Shown: one piece after another, positions 1 through 11,659 of the stretch
Numbering within the stretch: position 1 is the stretch's first letter
Layout of the letters: each line of letters begins with the position of its first letter
NCBI RefSeq assembly: GCF_001194135.2
Contig: NC_068995.1
Location: forward strand, 2,365,777 to 2,403,337
Length of the DNA: 37,561 nucleotides
Direction: 5' to 3'
Source: Octopus bimaculoides
Lineage: Eukaryota
Position numbers and translations under genes: made by a program
The notes under the pieces: model-generated
What the model was told of the DNA's origin: nothing
Database searches by the model: none
Seen by the model: only the letters and a program-made list of their open reading frames with translations

Positions 1-31
<31 letters not shown>

Positions 32-301
32 GCATATATAAGTGGGGGAGGACATATTTACAAAAAAACATAGAAATGTATTTAATACACACATACACAC
101 GCACACAAACACGCACGCACGTGTGTATACATTCACATATATTCATTGTCCGATTTAAATTATTCATTTCCTGACCCATTACAACTCGTCATTTGAATCC
201 GGTATGACGTCATCTGCCACTAGGTCACATGACAGGCGGTCGAGGTGTGTAATCTCAGTCTTAAGGAAGCAGCAATAACTTGCATAGACTCTCCTATAGG
301 G

Positions 302-450
302 TGATGATGTCGATGGTGTTGATGATGTTGATGATTGTTAATGATGATGATGATGATGGTGATGGCAGTTGTAGTGGTAGTCGTTGTGACGGTGGTGGTA
401 GTGGTGGTGGTGATAATGGTGGTGATAATGGTGGTGGTGGTGGTGGTGGT
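302..450. repeat. Compound (GAT)n/(GGT)n microsatellite
   Basis: Direct inspection. Confidence 0.95.
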
Positions 451-879
451 ACCACCATCGCCTGGACTAACGTCAGCCCCGCTGCTATCACCACAGCCAC
501 CATCCACAATGTTATATAACATTTTTGATTATATTTCTAAAATATTAAATGTTACAGTGGCATTTCTTCAACATACAGACACACACAGACACACACACAC
601 ACACACAGAGACACACACACACACACACACACACACTGATACACACACACACACTCTACACGCATATAAACCCATAGGCACTCTCTTACAAACGTATACA
701 TTCAAACGCACACGTATTCACACACCACCATCATCAGATACGTAAAACATACACACGCAGATACACTGATACACCTCCCTCACACCCATACCATATACAC
801 ACCCTATGCACACTAGAAACTCGGCCCAAATGCTTACAGAAGAGTGGGCTCTTTTGTTAAAGGTACCCCAGGTACAAGA

Positions 880-1020
880 TGGGGTAGAGTTGAACCGGGT
901 GAAGGATTTTAAGTCTACTACCCATGCAAGCCATGATGGGATTTAAACTCAGAAAACCAAAAGAAGGAAGAAATACTGCAAAAAAACCCCAACTCGCTAA
1001 CAGTTCTGCCAAAGCATCGT
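880..1020 (-). mobile_element. SINE family 1 (GGCGAGCTGGCAGAA-headed), diverged copy
   Basis: Reverse complement reads TTGGCAGAACTGTTAGCGAG...TTCTGAGTTTAAATCCC, similar to the copy at 21052. Confidence 0.55.
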
Positions 1021-1221
1021 CCTGTAATAGTGCGTTTTTCATCGAGTTCGAAGAGATTAATAACAATACTGATCTCGGAGAATTGAACTAAGATCGCAGG
1101 GAATCGGGAAAATGCCGCGAAATATGACTTATTTTATATAAACAAACCGTAGAACGGTAGTTTTATTACTTTTGAAGAATCTTTAATATTTATATTTTCG
1201 GAACAATGAAGATTTCGAAAA

Positions 1222-1476
1222 ATCAGAATTTTTAGCGTGCTGAACAAAATGCCTAGCGGTATTTCATCCATCTGTGAATTCTGAGTTCAAATTCTGCCGG
1301 AGTCGACTTTGCTTTCAACCTTTCGGGGTGGATAAAATAAGTACCAGTTGATATAATCGACTTAGCCCCTCCCCTGGTACTCGTCGCGTTGTGCCAACGT
1401 TTGAAGCCAATATGTATGTTATCAGAGCGGTGAAGGCAGCGAGCAGGCAAAAATGTTGGTACGCTGGACAAAATGC
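1222..1476 (+). mobile_element. SINE family 1 copy followed by a truncated second head
   Basis: AAAATGCCTAGCGGTATTTC...TTCTGAGTTCAAATTCTGCCGGAGTCGACTTTGCTTTCA...AAAATAAGTACCAG. A second head GGCAGCGAGCAGGCAAAAATGTTGG lies at about 1436-1460. Confidence 0.8.
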
Positions 1477-1499
1477 ATACATACATACACACACACACA

Positions 1500-1533
<34 letters not shown>

Positions 1534-1804
1534 CACTAACTTACGCAGGTTTATTAATAGAGTCAGACGATAGTGAACCTAAAGGTGAGAACGAAAGAAC
1601 AAACACTGAAGAGGGAGTGTGTGGAGGAGGGTAGATGAGAGTGAGGGGGGTGCGTGGGAGTAGGAGGGGAAGAATGAGGAAAAGTGATAAAGCGAAATGA
1701 CAAGTAGTAGGAGGGAAGTAATGAAAAGAGATAACAGTTTGTTGTGTGGCGACATCGTGTCGGATGTGCTAACAGCTGAAACCTCTATGCACACCCGAAC
1801 TACT

Positions 1805-2140
<336 letters not shown>

Positions 2141-2169
2141 TGTATATATATATATTGATGTATATATTG

Positions 2170-2326
2170 GTGCAGGTGTGAGTGGTTGATGGTCAGAAGT
2201 TTGCTTTCGCACAGTTTTGCGTCCAATCCCGCTGCGTAGCACCGTGGGCAATTGTCTGCTACCATAACTCGTGAGGCATCAAAGCCACGTGACTGTATTT
2301 GATTGACAGAAACTGGAAGAAGTCCG

Positions 2327-2359
<33 letters not shown>

Positions 2360-2500
2360 CATGTTAGTCTGCTATCGTCGTTTGACAACCGATGTCGGTT
2401 CGTTTATGTCCTCGTTCCTTAACGGACCGGCACAATAAATACCATGCTTTAAAAAAAGTACTTGGATCGATTCCTTCGTCGAAAATCCTTCAAGGTGATG
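2170..2500 (+). mobile_element. SINE family 2 (GGCGTGGCTGTGTGG-headed, internal microsatellite), diverged
   Basis: Head GTGCAGGTGTG...GCACCGTGGGCAA...GACAGAAACTGGAAGAAGTCCGTCG, then (GT)n, then tail GTTTGACAACCGATG...AAGTACTTGGATCGA. Collinear with 9690-10010. Confidence 0.7.
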
Positions 2501-2583
2501 CCCCAGCATATGTGTGTGAGTGTGTGCGTGTGTGTGTGTATGTGTGTGCGCATGTGTGTATGTGTGCGTGTGTATACAGATAG

Positions 2584-2636
<53 letters not shown>

Positions 2637-2674
2637 CACTCATTTAGCTTCTTATATCATGTAGTTACATATCT

Positions 2675-3551
2675 NNNNNNNNNNNNNNNNNNNNNNNNNN
2701 NNNNNNNNNNNNNNNNNNNNNNNNNNNNNNNNNNNNNNNNNNNNNNNNNNNNNNNNNNNNNNNNNNNNNNNNNNNNNNNNNNNNNNNNNNNNNNNNNNNN
2801 NNNNNNNNNNNNNNNNNNNNNNNNNNNNNNNNNNNNNNNNNNNNNNNNNNNNNNNNNNNNNNNNNNNNNNNNNNNNNNNNNNNNNNNNNNNNNNNNNNNN
2901 NNNNNNNNNNNNNNNNNNNNNNNNNNNNNNNNNNNNNNNNNNNNNNNNNNNNNNNNNNNNNNNNNNNNNNNNNNNNNNNNNNNNNNNNNNNNNNNNNNNN
3001 NNNNNNNNNNNNNNNNNNNNNNNNNNNNNNNNNNNNNNNNNNNNNNNNNNNNNNNNNNNNNNNNNNNNNNNNNNNNNNNNNNNNNNNNNNNNNNNNNNNN
3101 NNNNNNNNNNNNNNNNNNNNNNNNNNNNNNNNNNNNNNNNNNNNNNNNNNNNNNNNNNNNNNNNNNNNNNNNNNNNNNNNNNNNNNNNNNNNNNNNNNNN
3201 NNNNNNNNNNNNNNNNNNNNNNNNNNNNNNNNNNNNNNNNNNNNNNNNNNNNNNNNNNNNNNNNNNNNNNNNNNNNNNNNNNNNNNNNNNNNNNNNNNNN
3301 NNNNNNNNNNNNNNNNNNNNNNNNNNNNNNNNNNNNNNNNNNNNNNNNNNNNNNNNNNNNNNNNNNNNNNNNNNNNNNNNNNNNNNNNNNNNNNNNNNNN
3401 NNNNNNNNNNNNNNNNNNNNNNNNNNNNNNNNNNNNNNNNNNNNNNNNNNNNNNNNNNNNNNNNNNNNNNNNNNNNNNNNNNNNNNNNNNNNNNNNNNNN
3501 NNNNNNNNNNNNNNNNNNNNNNNNNNNNNNNNNNNNNNNNNNNNNNNNNNN
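2675..3551. other. Largest assembly gap. Other N gaps: 6776-7282, 10536-10545, 17204-17258, 18499-18592, 22458-22635, 23519-23528, 25235-25361, 31665-32113, 33774-34147, 36435-36781
   Basis: Runs of N, mostly abutting microsatellites, as expected for a short-read draft assembly. Confidence 0.99.
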
Positions 3552-3600
3552 GCAGAGTTTCTACAGCTGGATGCCCTTCCTAACGCCAACCACTCAGAGT
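3552..3600 (+). mobile_element. Short interspersed-repeat fragment (GGATGCCCTTCCTAACGCCAACC motif)
   Basis: Motif recalled as a common invertebrate/fish retroposon segment; truncated by the preceding gap. Recognition only. Confidence 0.4.
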
Positions 3601-3639
<39 letters not shown>

Positions 3640-3670
3640 TGTGTGTGTATGTATGTATGTGTGTGTGTGA

Positions 3671-3707
<37 letters not shown>

Positions 3708-3870
3708 CAGTTGCGTTTATTTGTGTATAATATATGAGTTTGGGTACATATGTTACGTTATCAACATATTTCTTCGCTGTGTTTAATCGAATGATTTAAC
3801 ATATCGTCACGATTTATCCTTCTCTAAAACTAAGTAAAACTCTGATACTTTATTTATTTATATATTTATA

Positions 3871-3871
<1 letters not shown>

Positions 3872-3930
<59 letters not shown>

Positions 3931-3941
3931 CATTATTATTA
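3872..3941. repeat. (ATT)n microsatellite
   Basis: Direct inspection. Confidence 0.95.
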
Positions 3942-4804
3942 TCATATATCATTAAAATGACCAGTAATTACTTTCGATTTAAATACATTTAGATTAATCT
4001 CATTGGCGGTATATTTAAATATTTTTTGACCGTTATAAATTTTATTTACTTAATTATTTTATCCATTTGAATTTTGTTGTTCTTTTAATTGTACTTACTA
4101 TGTATTGAATAGTTAACGCTCACACTCCTAAACACAAGTATTTTGAATCACTATTTTGCAATCTGACAGTCCTTTTACATGGAATTTCGTCTGTCTTTTT
4201 GAACCAAGGCCCTGAAGTGACTTGTATACATAGATATGAATTGTTTATAAATCAAATAATGTACATAACTCGAAACAAATTGTTGGCTTTATTTGTTGTT
4301 GTTTTTTAAAAATTGGTTATGTTATCTTATCTAATGTTATATTATATTTTATATTATATTATAATGTAATAAATTGTTAGATTGTCAATTGTTATTTCTC
4401 TGTTTAATTTATTACATACACACACATACACACACCTATATAAAAGAATATAAGGATAAAAAATATTTAATATGTCGCTTTACATTTCCACCTCGGATTA
4501 CAGTATTTCGCTGTGTCATGATTGATATGCTTAGTGCACCTTCAGGCTACCCTGAGACGAGCCCATACTCAGAAATCAATGCGGCACAAGAAAGGCTGGT
4601 TTCTCAGAATCAATTCTGGTTTCACAGAGGACAACAGCTCTGATCTTTTACTCTCCTCTTATGAAAACGCCAAGAATATCTGTAATGATCCTCAAGGGAT
4701 ACCCGAAAGACACCCAAGGGTATCCGCAAAGGTACCCAGAGGATGGAAAAGATTAAGTGACATAAATTTGTGAGAGGAGCAACTGCAACCAACACCTCAT
4801 AGAT

Positions 4805-4904
4805 ATACATACATACATACATACATACATACATACATACACATACATAAATACATACTTACAGGCAGATAGATAGACAGACAGACAGGCAGGCTAACAA
4901 ATGA

Positions 4905-4953
<49 letters not shown>

Positions 4954-4972
4954 GATAGATAGATAGAGAGAG
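4805..4972. repeat. (ACAT)n, (AGAC)n and (AGAT)n tetranucleotide block
   Basis: Direct inspection. Confidence 0.95.
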
Positions 4973-5497
4973 GGAAAGATAAATAGGTGCACATAAGATA
5001 TACAGTATATAATATGTATTTGTATGTATGCGTGTTTATGTGTGTATAAATATATGTGTGTGCATATATGTGTGTATGTGTGCATGTGCATGTGTGTGCG
5101 TGTCTGTCTGTATGTGTGTGTGTGTTCTTTTCTTCTTCTTCTTCTCTGGTGGTGTCGGGTAGTACCAGGGTGGCTGTGTTACAGCACCGGAACACAACTA
5201 AAACATTTAAAGATGGCCGCCTGATGGTTGTTGTCGTTCCAGTTAGTTGGAAACACAGAGGTGGCGGCAGCGACGGCGGGTGGTGGTGGTGGTGGTGGTG
5301 ATGCTGGCTGAGGTGTTGGTAGTGATGGTCGTACCAGCTATTCGCTGTGTGTATATGTGTGGATATGTTTATGTACTTTTGTATGTTTATACCTGTCTGT
5401 CTGTCATTTGTCTGTCATTGTCTCTTTCTGTCTATTTTTATGTACATATATATTTGCATATGAATGTACATTATCTGTACATACAATACACACACAC

Positions 5498-5585
<88 letters not shown>

Positions 5586-5919
5586 GAGTGAGAGTAGACA
5601 GACAGACAGACAGATAGATAGATAGATAGATAGAGAGACATATATTTATAATGTTATGGTTTATGAGTGTTACGGTTATGCTAACTTAGTGATATGTGGA
5701 TGATTGAGAAAGGCCCAGTGGTGAGGGCCTGGATATAGTTATGGTGGAGGGGGTGTACTATGATCGTTTGTTGATAGTTGTAATGGTGGTGGTGGTGGGG
5801 GATTTGAGTGGCGACAGGGTTTGTTGAATGTGACAAGAGAATTATATTTCCAGAAGAGATTCAGGGCTTCATTTAACGTAGACGGAAGGATTTCTATGTG
5901 TGTGTGCTTGTGTGTGTGC

Positions 5920-5958
<39 letters not shown>

Positions 5959-6054
5959 TGTGTATGTGTCTGTGTGGGTGTGAGTGTGTGTGTAAGTGTG
6001 TGTGTGTGTGTGTGTGGAGCGTTATGTATGTGTGAGAATCTGACTATCATCAGT

Positions 6055-6615
6055 GATACTACAAATACCACCGCTACTACCACAACGAACACCGCAACCA
6101 CAACCACTGCCACCACCATCGCTACTACCACCGCTACCACCATCCTTAGCACCACCACCACCATCACACCCACCACTACCATCACACCCACCACCACCAT
6201 CACTATCATCACCACCACTACTACAACCAACTCTATCTCAGAGATATATCTGTTCTTTCAAAGAAGTTAATACATTTTGTGAAACATCGCAGTATTTTTT
6301 ATAATGGTGGATGGGAGGAAGTGGGTGACCGGGTGTTTTGGTAGGGTACCTCTTACTCTCTAGGGGACTGGAGATATGGAGGATGATGGGAGCGTGAGGA
6401 AACAATGGTAACGATGATGATGAGTAGGAGGATGATGGTGATGATGGTGGTGGTTGCGGTGGCGGTGATAATAGTGATGATGATGATGATGATGATGATG
6501 ATGCTGGTGATGACGATTATGACAATGGTGCTTATGCTGGTGATGATGATGCTGATGATGATGCTGATGATGATGATGACATTGTCGATGACGATGTTGA
6601 TGTTGATGATGGTGA
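6055..6615. repeat. Degenerate (ACC/ACT)n tract (6055-6230) and (GAT/GGT)n tract (6410-6615)
   Basis: Direct inspection. Confidence 0.9.
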
Positions 6616-7282
6616 TTCTTATTCTTGCGGTTCATGGAGATAAGTGGGCTGTGGAGGTTTGTGGACGGTGTGGGGATGCACGCTGCATGGTGGTGGGGGA
6701 GGGGCGATGTTTGAATGAGTGAAAAGGGAAGGGCTTGGCGTTGGCGTTGGCGTTATAAATGTTGTTGTTGGTGGTNNNNNNNNNNNNNNNNNNNNNNNNN
6801 NNNNNNNNNNNNNNNNNNNNNNNNNNNNNNNNNNNNNNNNNNNNNNNNNNNNNNNNNNNNNNNNNNNNNNNNNNNNNNNNNNNNNNNNNNNNNNNNNNNN
6901 NNNNNNNNNNNNNNNNNNNNNNNNNNNNNNNNNNNNNNNNNNNNNNNNNNNNNNNNNNNNNNNNNNNNNNNNNNNNNNNNNNNNNNNNNNNNNNNNNNNN
7001 NNNNNNNNNNNNNNNNNNNNNNNNNNNNNNNNNNNNNNNNNNNNNNNNNNNNNNNNNNNNNNNNNNNNNNNNNNNNNNNNNNNNNNNNNNNNNNNNNNNN
7101 NNNNNNNNNNNNNNNNNNNNNNNNNNNNNNNNNNNNNNNNNNNNNNNNNNNNNNNNNNNNNNNNNNNNNNNNNNNNNNNNNNNNNNNNNNNNNNNNNNNN
7201 NNNNNNNNNNNNNNNNNNNNNNNNNNNNNNNNNNNNNNNNNNNNNNNNNNNNNNNNNNNNNNNNNNNNNNNNNNNNNNNNNN

Positions 7283-7346
<64 letters not shown>

Positions 7347-7726
7347 AATATACAGATACACACACATTCATACACACGAACACACATATATTACAAGCGT
7401 ACTCATGCATATGCCCATACGTATATACATATATATATATATGTATATATATATATACACACACTTATATTTGGTGTGGTATGTGGCATGTAGTACTGCA
7501 GTATGTGTGTATGTATATGTATGTATATGTGTGTGTATGTGTGTGATGTATGCGCGCACGCGTTTCGAATAGGACGTTGAGGTGTGATTTGTTTGTTTGG
7601 TTTTGTGTAAGATTAGTAGGAAGTAAATAAAAACAGGCAAAATTGTGGATAAGAAACGAGGAAATAAGATTTGGAACCAGTTCGGTAAGAGGAGAATTCT
7701 GCGAAGGGAAGAGAGAGAGAGAGGGG

Positions 7727-7777
<51 letters not shown>

Positions 7778-8125
7778 CAATTGAAAAATATATGGCTTTA
7801 TGATTGCGTGAGGTCTGCTTGTATTTTGGGAGAAAAGATGTTTGGCGCTAAGAATCTACTTATAGCTCATCTTAAAGTACTTTCTCTACGGAGAGATCGT
7901 GTTGGTGGCGAGACAAAGTTGATTGTTTGTCTGTTATGTTAGACACAACTGGTGGGAAGAAGACGATTTCTGGAGATGTCGAGATAAAGGCGGCTGCAGT
8001 CGTTTCAATATCGCGAGACATTGATTGCAGATGGCGACACTAGGCTAGAAATGCGATTTCAGGTAATGACGCTGTGTGTATGCGTAAAGTGATGCTGAAC
8101 GGGTAGTTGGATGGATAATTTATGG

Positions 8126-8370
8126 TGTGTAGATATTGACCTGTAGATAGATACAGGGTGTAGATGGTTACTGGGTAGATAGATAGATAGATGTCTATCA
8201 GGTAGATGTATAGAGACAGAGTGTAGATGCCGACTGCATATATAGATAAACACACGATGTGTATGTTGAATGGCTATGTAGATAAACACAGTGTGTAGAT
8301 GATAACTGGAGATATTGAAAGACGCAGGATGTAGATGATTACTGGATCGGAGTGTATATGTTGACTTAGC
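8126..8370. repeat. Degenerate minisatellite, about 8 units of 23-37 bp
   Basis: Recurring (G/A)TGTAGATG-NNN-ACTG...TAGATA(A/G)ACA at about 8126, 8158, 8221, 8292 and 8328. Confidence 0.75.
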
Positions 8371-8430
8371 CATCACTTGCAAGCGAGTCCAACCTATGAA
8401 ATTGTACGTTGCTTTCACAAACTGTTTTAG

Positions 8431-8573
8431 GTGCCAGTGTAGTCACAAACAGATATAGAGATCCTTTCGGATCTGTTTTCCTCGGCTCGGTGGAGCGTCG
8501 AGGCAGAGGTGGTAAGGTCTTCAGAGAAGAAACTCAGGCAAGCGTTTCGGCTCTTAAATTCTTACACTCTAAG
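8431..8573 (+). CDS. Candidate internal exon of an unidentified gene (143 nt)
   Basis: Acceptor CTGTTTTAG|G, donor AAG|GTGAGG, non-repetitive and CpG-rich. Open frame (G)ASVVTNRYRDPFGSVFLGSVERRGRGGKVFREETQASVSALKFLHSK. No homolog recognised. Confidence 0.25.
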
Positions 8574-8726
8574 GTGAGGCCGGACCGCATCTTGACCCCG
8601 GGCCGTCTTTCTGCTGAGACTTTTTAGTCACTTGGATATTGGAGATTTGTGTATTTAAACCGCTTCAAGAACTACAGCAGCACTCATCAGCCGATGCTTG
8701 TCTTCTACTAAGCCACGTAAAAGGAA

Positions 8727-8826
8727 GCAACTTGCTCAAGGACACAATATGGTGCCGGGTCTGGAAATCGAAACGACGATCTTGGTAATAGTAAGACCAA
8801 TTCTCCGAACCATCTCGGCCACACAC
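8727..8826 (-). mobile_element. SINE family 3 (tRNA-headed, CTTGAGCAA core) head
   Basis: Reverse complement GTGTGGCCGAGATGGT...GTTTCGATTTCC...TGTGTCCTTGAGCAAG: A-box and B-box-like motifs followed by the shared core. Confidence 0.7.
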
Positions 8827-9605
8827 TTTCGCAGTAGATAATGAAAACATGAGCATAATTCCATTACAAATCCCACACGTTCGACAAATTGTTATATTTG
8901 AAACACCTGTGCTGGTTATCAAAGATATGCAGTTAAGGAATGGCAGCGGGGGGGGGGAGAAAGAAAGGATATGAAAGGCGTCGTTAGGAAAGAGAGAGAG
9001 AGACGGGGAAGGGAAAGGTGGGAGGTATGTGTGTTCGGGAAGGAAAAGAAAAAGCGAAGAACGCAATAACGTTCGGTGGGAAGGGTGGAGGGGCGACTAC
9101 GGACATAAACTTCAGCCATAAATTTACCATTAAAACAAGCATTTTATTTGCCTTTTAATGAATAATTCTCTCTCGGTTAGAATCTCCATGCATTAAAAGA
9201 ATCTGTTATCACAAGACAGCAACAACAACAACAACACAATCATCATCATCATCAGCAGCAGCAGCAGCATCGACAACAACAACAAACACAACAGCGTTAA
9301 TAACATAAACGTTTAAAGATAAGGTCTTTGGAGAGGATATAGCTACTTTGCCTGCCACTCGAACCTGAGTGTGACAATCTCAAAGTTTATTATTTCAACC
9401 AGTTACATATTAAAATCTAAGCCAGATGCACGCAATATAGTGTGCGTGTGTATATATACATATACATATACATATATATATATATGTGTATATATGTATG
9501 TATGTATGTGTACTATAGTACACACACACATATATACATACATATTATTACAGATATACATGCATGTATATATGTATGTGTGTATGTCAATATATGTGTA
9601 TATAG

Positions 9606-9641
<36 letters not shown>

Positions 9642-9689
9642 GAAACATAATCGCTTATTCATTTGTCATATCTTTACTTTATATATATA

Positions 9690-9837
9690 GGCACAGGCGG
9701 GGCAATGTGGTAAGAGGCTTGCTTCCCAATCATATGGCTCCGGGTTCAGTCCCACTGCGTGGCACCTTGGGGGGCAAGTGTCTTCAACTACAGCCTTGTG
9801 AGTGGATTTGGTAGACGGAAATTGAAAGAAGCCCATC

Positions 9838-9874
<37 letters not shown>

Positions 9875-10010
9875 TATGTCTGTGTTTGTCCGCCCCCTCC
9901 CCATCTCTTCACAACCGAAATTGGTGTGTTTACGTCCCCGTAACTTAGTGGTTCGGCAAAAGACACCGATAGCGCAAGTACTAGGCTTACAAAGAATAAG
10001 TCTTTCGTGT
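9690..10010 (+). mobile_element. SINE family 2, near full length
   Basis: GGCACAGGCGGGGCAATGTGGTAAGAGGCTTGCTTCCCAA...GGTTCAGTCCCACTGCGTGGCACCTTGG...GGTAGACGGAAATTGAAAGAAGCCC, then (TA)n, then tail GTTTACGTCCCCGTAACTTAGTGGTTCGGCAAA. Confidence 0.9.
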
Positions 10011-10395
10011 TTCTTGCGGTGTGCTGCTGTCCAGTGGTGAGTGGAACTATCGGACACCGAAGGATGTTGAATGCCAAGGGGATACGTGTGTATAATGGTT
10101 ATTGAGAAATGATTGCGAGATAGAACGAGTGAGGGTCAGAGAGACAGACAGACAGACAGTTACACAGATACAGATAAGCAAATAGACAGAAAACGATGAC
10201 ACACAGACTCACACACACACACACACACACACACATATGCACACACACATATGTACACGCTCACATACGTACACACATACAAACATACACTCATAAACAA
10301 ATACAGAACATTTATCAAAAGATCTCAGTGAAGCGTTTCTCTATGACATTGATAACAATGACAGATATATACATACATAAATACACACACACACA

Positions 10396-10545
10396 TATAT
10401 TATGGGTGTATACTTTCGGATGATGACATTGCAGTAATTATTAACACAGGGTGGTTATTAACCTTTCATCTTTGACCCGTAAAAATTAACCTACAACCTT
10501 TGACCCGTGTAATTAAGCTCGCAACCGTTAAATTTNNNNNNNNNN

Positions 10546-10605
<60 letters not shown>

Positions 10606-10740
10606 TATGGGTGTATACTTTCGGATGATGACATTGCAGTAATTATTAACACAGGGTGGTTATTAACCTTTCATCTTTGACCCGTAAAAATTAACCTACA
10701 ACCTTTGACCCGTGTAATTAAGCTCGCAACCGTTAAATTT
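10396..10740. repeat. Exact 140-bp direct duplication across a 10-N gap (10396-10535 = 10601-10740); probable assembly overlap artefact
   Basis: Both copies are identical as read. Each follows a (CA)n run, and the first ends exactly at the gap. Confidence 0.85.
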
Positions 10741-10830
10741 GATTAGGGAAACCATTTCTGGTATCTGTCTGCGTCTTGAGGAATAATGGCCGCGGATTTA
10801 TGACACTAAACACGCACGCGCGCACCCTTC

Positions 10831-10875
<45 letters not shown>

Positions 10876-11065
10876 TCGTGTAAACAATGATCAGTTTATT
10901 TACACCCATACACACACACGCATACATATATATATGTATATATACATACATACATGCATGCATACATACACGTAAGTGCATAAAACAACACAAAACGAAT
11001 ATACGTAGATAGACATACATATGTACTCAATCCTTTACACACACACACATACAAAGACATGCATC

Positions 11066-11096
<31 letters not shown>

Positions 11097-11164
11097 GTAC
11101 ACACATACATACTCACACCTATCAAAATAACGCCTTCGTATTCCTAATATAACATACAGTGAGG

Positions 11165-11440
11165 GAGGAGCATCGGCCTAGTGGCTAAGGAATTGTACTC
11201 ACGATCGCGAGATGGTGGTTTCAATTCCCTGGCTGAATGGCGCGTTATGCTCTTGAGCAAAACACTTCACCTTCGGTTGCCTTTGCGATCACTTCGAAAG
11301 CCCGGCGTGCGGTACGCCAAGCATCCAGTTCAGGCAACGTCGATTTAATGGAGGAGAATGAGCGAATGAACAGCCTCAACGTTTGGCCATTATAAAACAA
11401 ATCATTTGTGCTGGTTCCGCAGCAACAAATTGCAGAACCC
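11165..11440 (+). mobile_element. SINE family 3 copy
   Basis: A-box-like CGGCCTAGTGG (about 11174), CTCACGATCG, B-box-like GGTTTCAATTCC (about 11217), core CTTGAGCAAAACACTTCA. Similar to 28160-28450 and 32544-32740. Confidence 0.8.
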
Positions 11441-11469
11441 TCTTTCTCAGATTACTAGGGACTCCCATC

Positions 11470-11571
11470 ACACTTGTGGATTGTTGGCGATTTTTTCCTC
11501 TGTCTTCCTTTTCTTTTGAACTTTCTTTTGTCTCCTGTTTCTGAAGAAGAGCTTTGCTCGAAACGTAAAAT
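11470..11571 (+). mobile_element. Penelope-like repeat fragment ending in a minimal hammerhead ribozyme motif (copy 1)
   Basis: TGTTT-CTGAAGA-A-GAGC-TTT-GCTC-GAA-ACGT-A-AAA at 11536-11570: intact CUGANGA/GAAA core, 4-bp stem II, palindromic ACGT stem III, GUA cleavage triplet. The upstream pyrimidine-rich flank (GTGGATTGTTGGCGATTT...) aligns by eye with the copies at 13720-13895 and 25465-25640. Confidence 0.7.
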
Positions 11572-11659
11572 TTATGAATCTCTGTCCTAGTTGAGGGGCT
11601 TTATAATTGCTGCAGCAGGTTTCTGCGTGACCTGAGGTTCCAACTGGCAGGAGTCGGGT

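Noticed and set aside
4522-4773. 83-aa ORF and GGATACCC/GGGTATCC hairpin (4697-4725)
   Set aside because: No homology recognised, no convincing splice sites, and a single 8-bp stem is expected by chance.
10396-10740. Biological tandem duplication
   Set aside because: Identical copies meeting at a 10-N placeholder gap next to (CA)n indicate an unmerged contig overlap. The same applies to GGTTCA repeated across the 23519-23528 gap.
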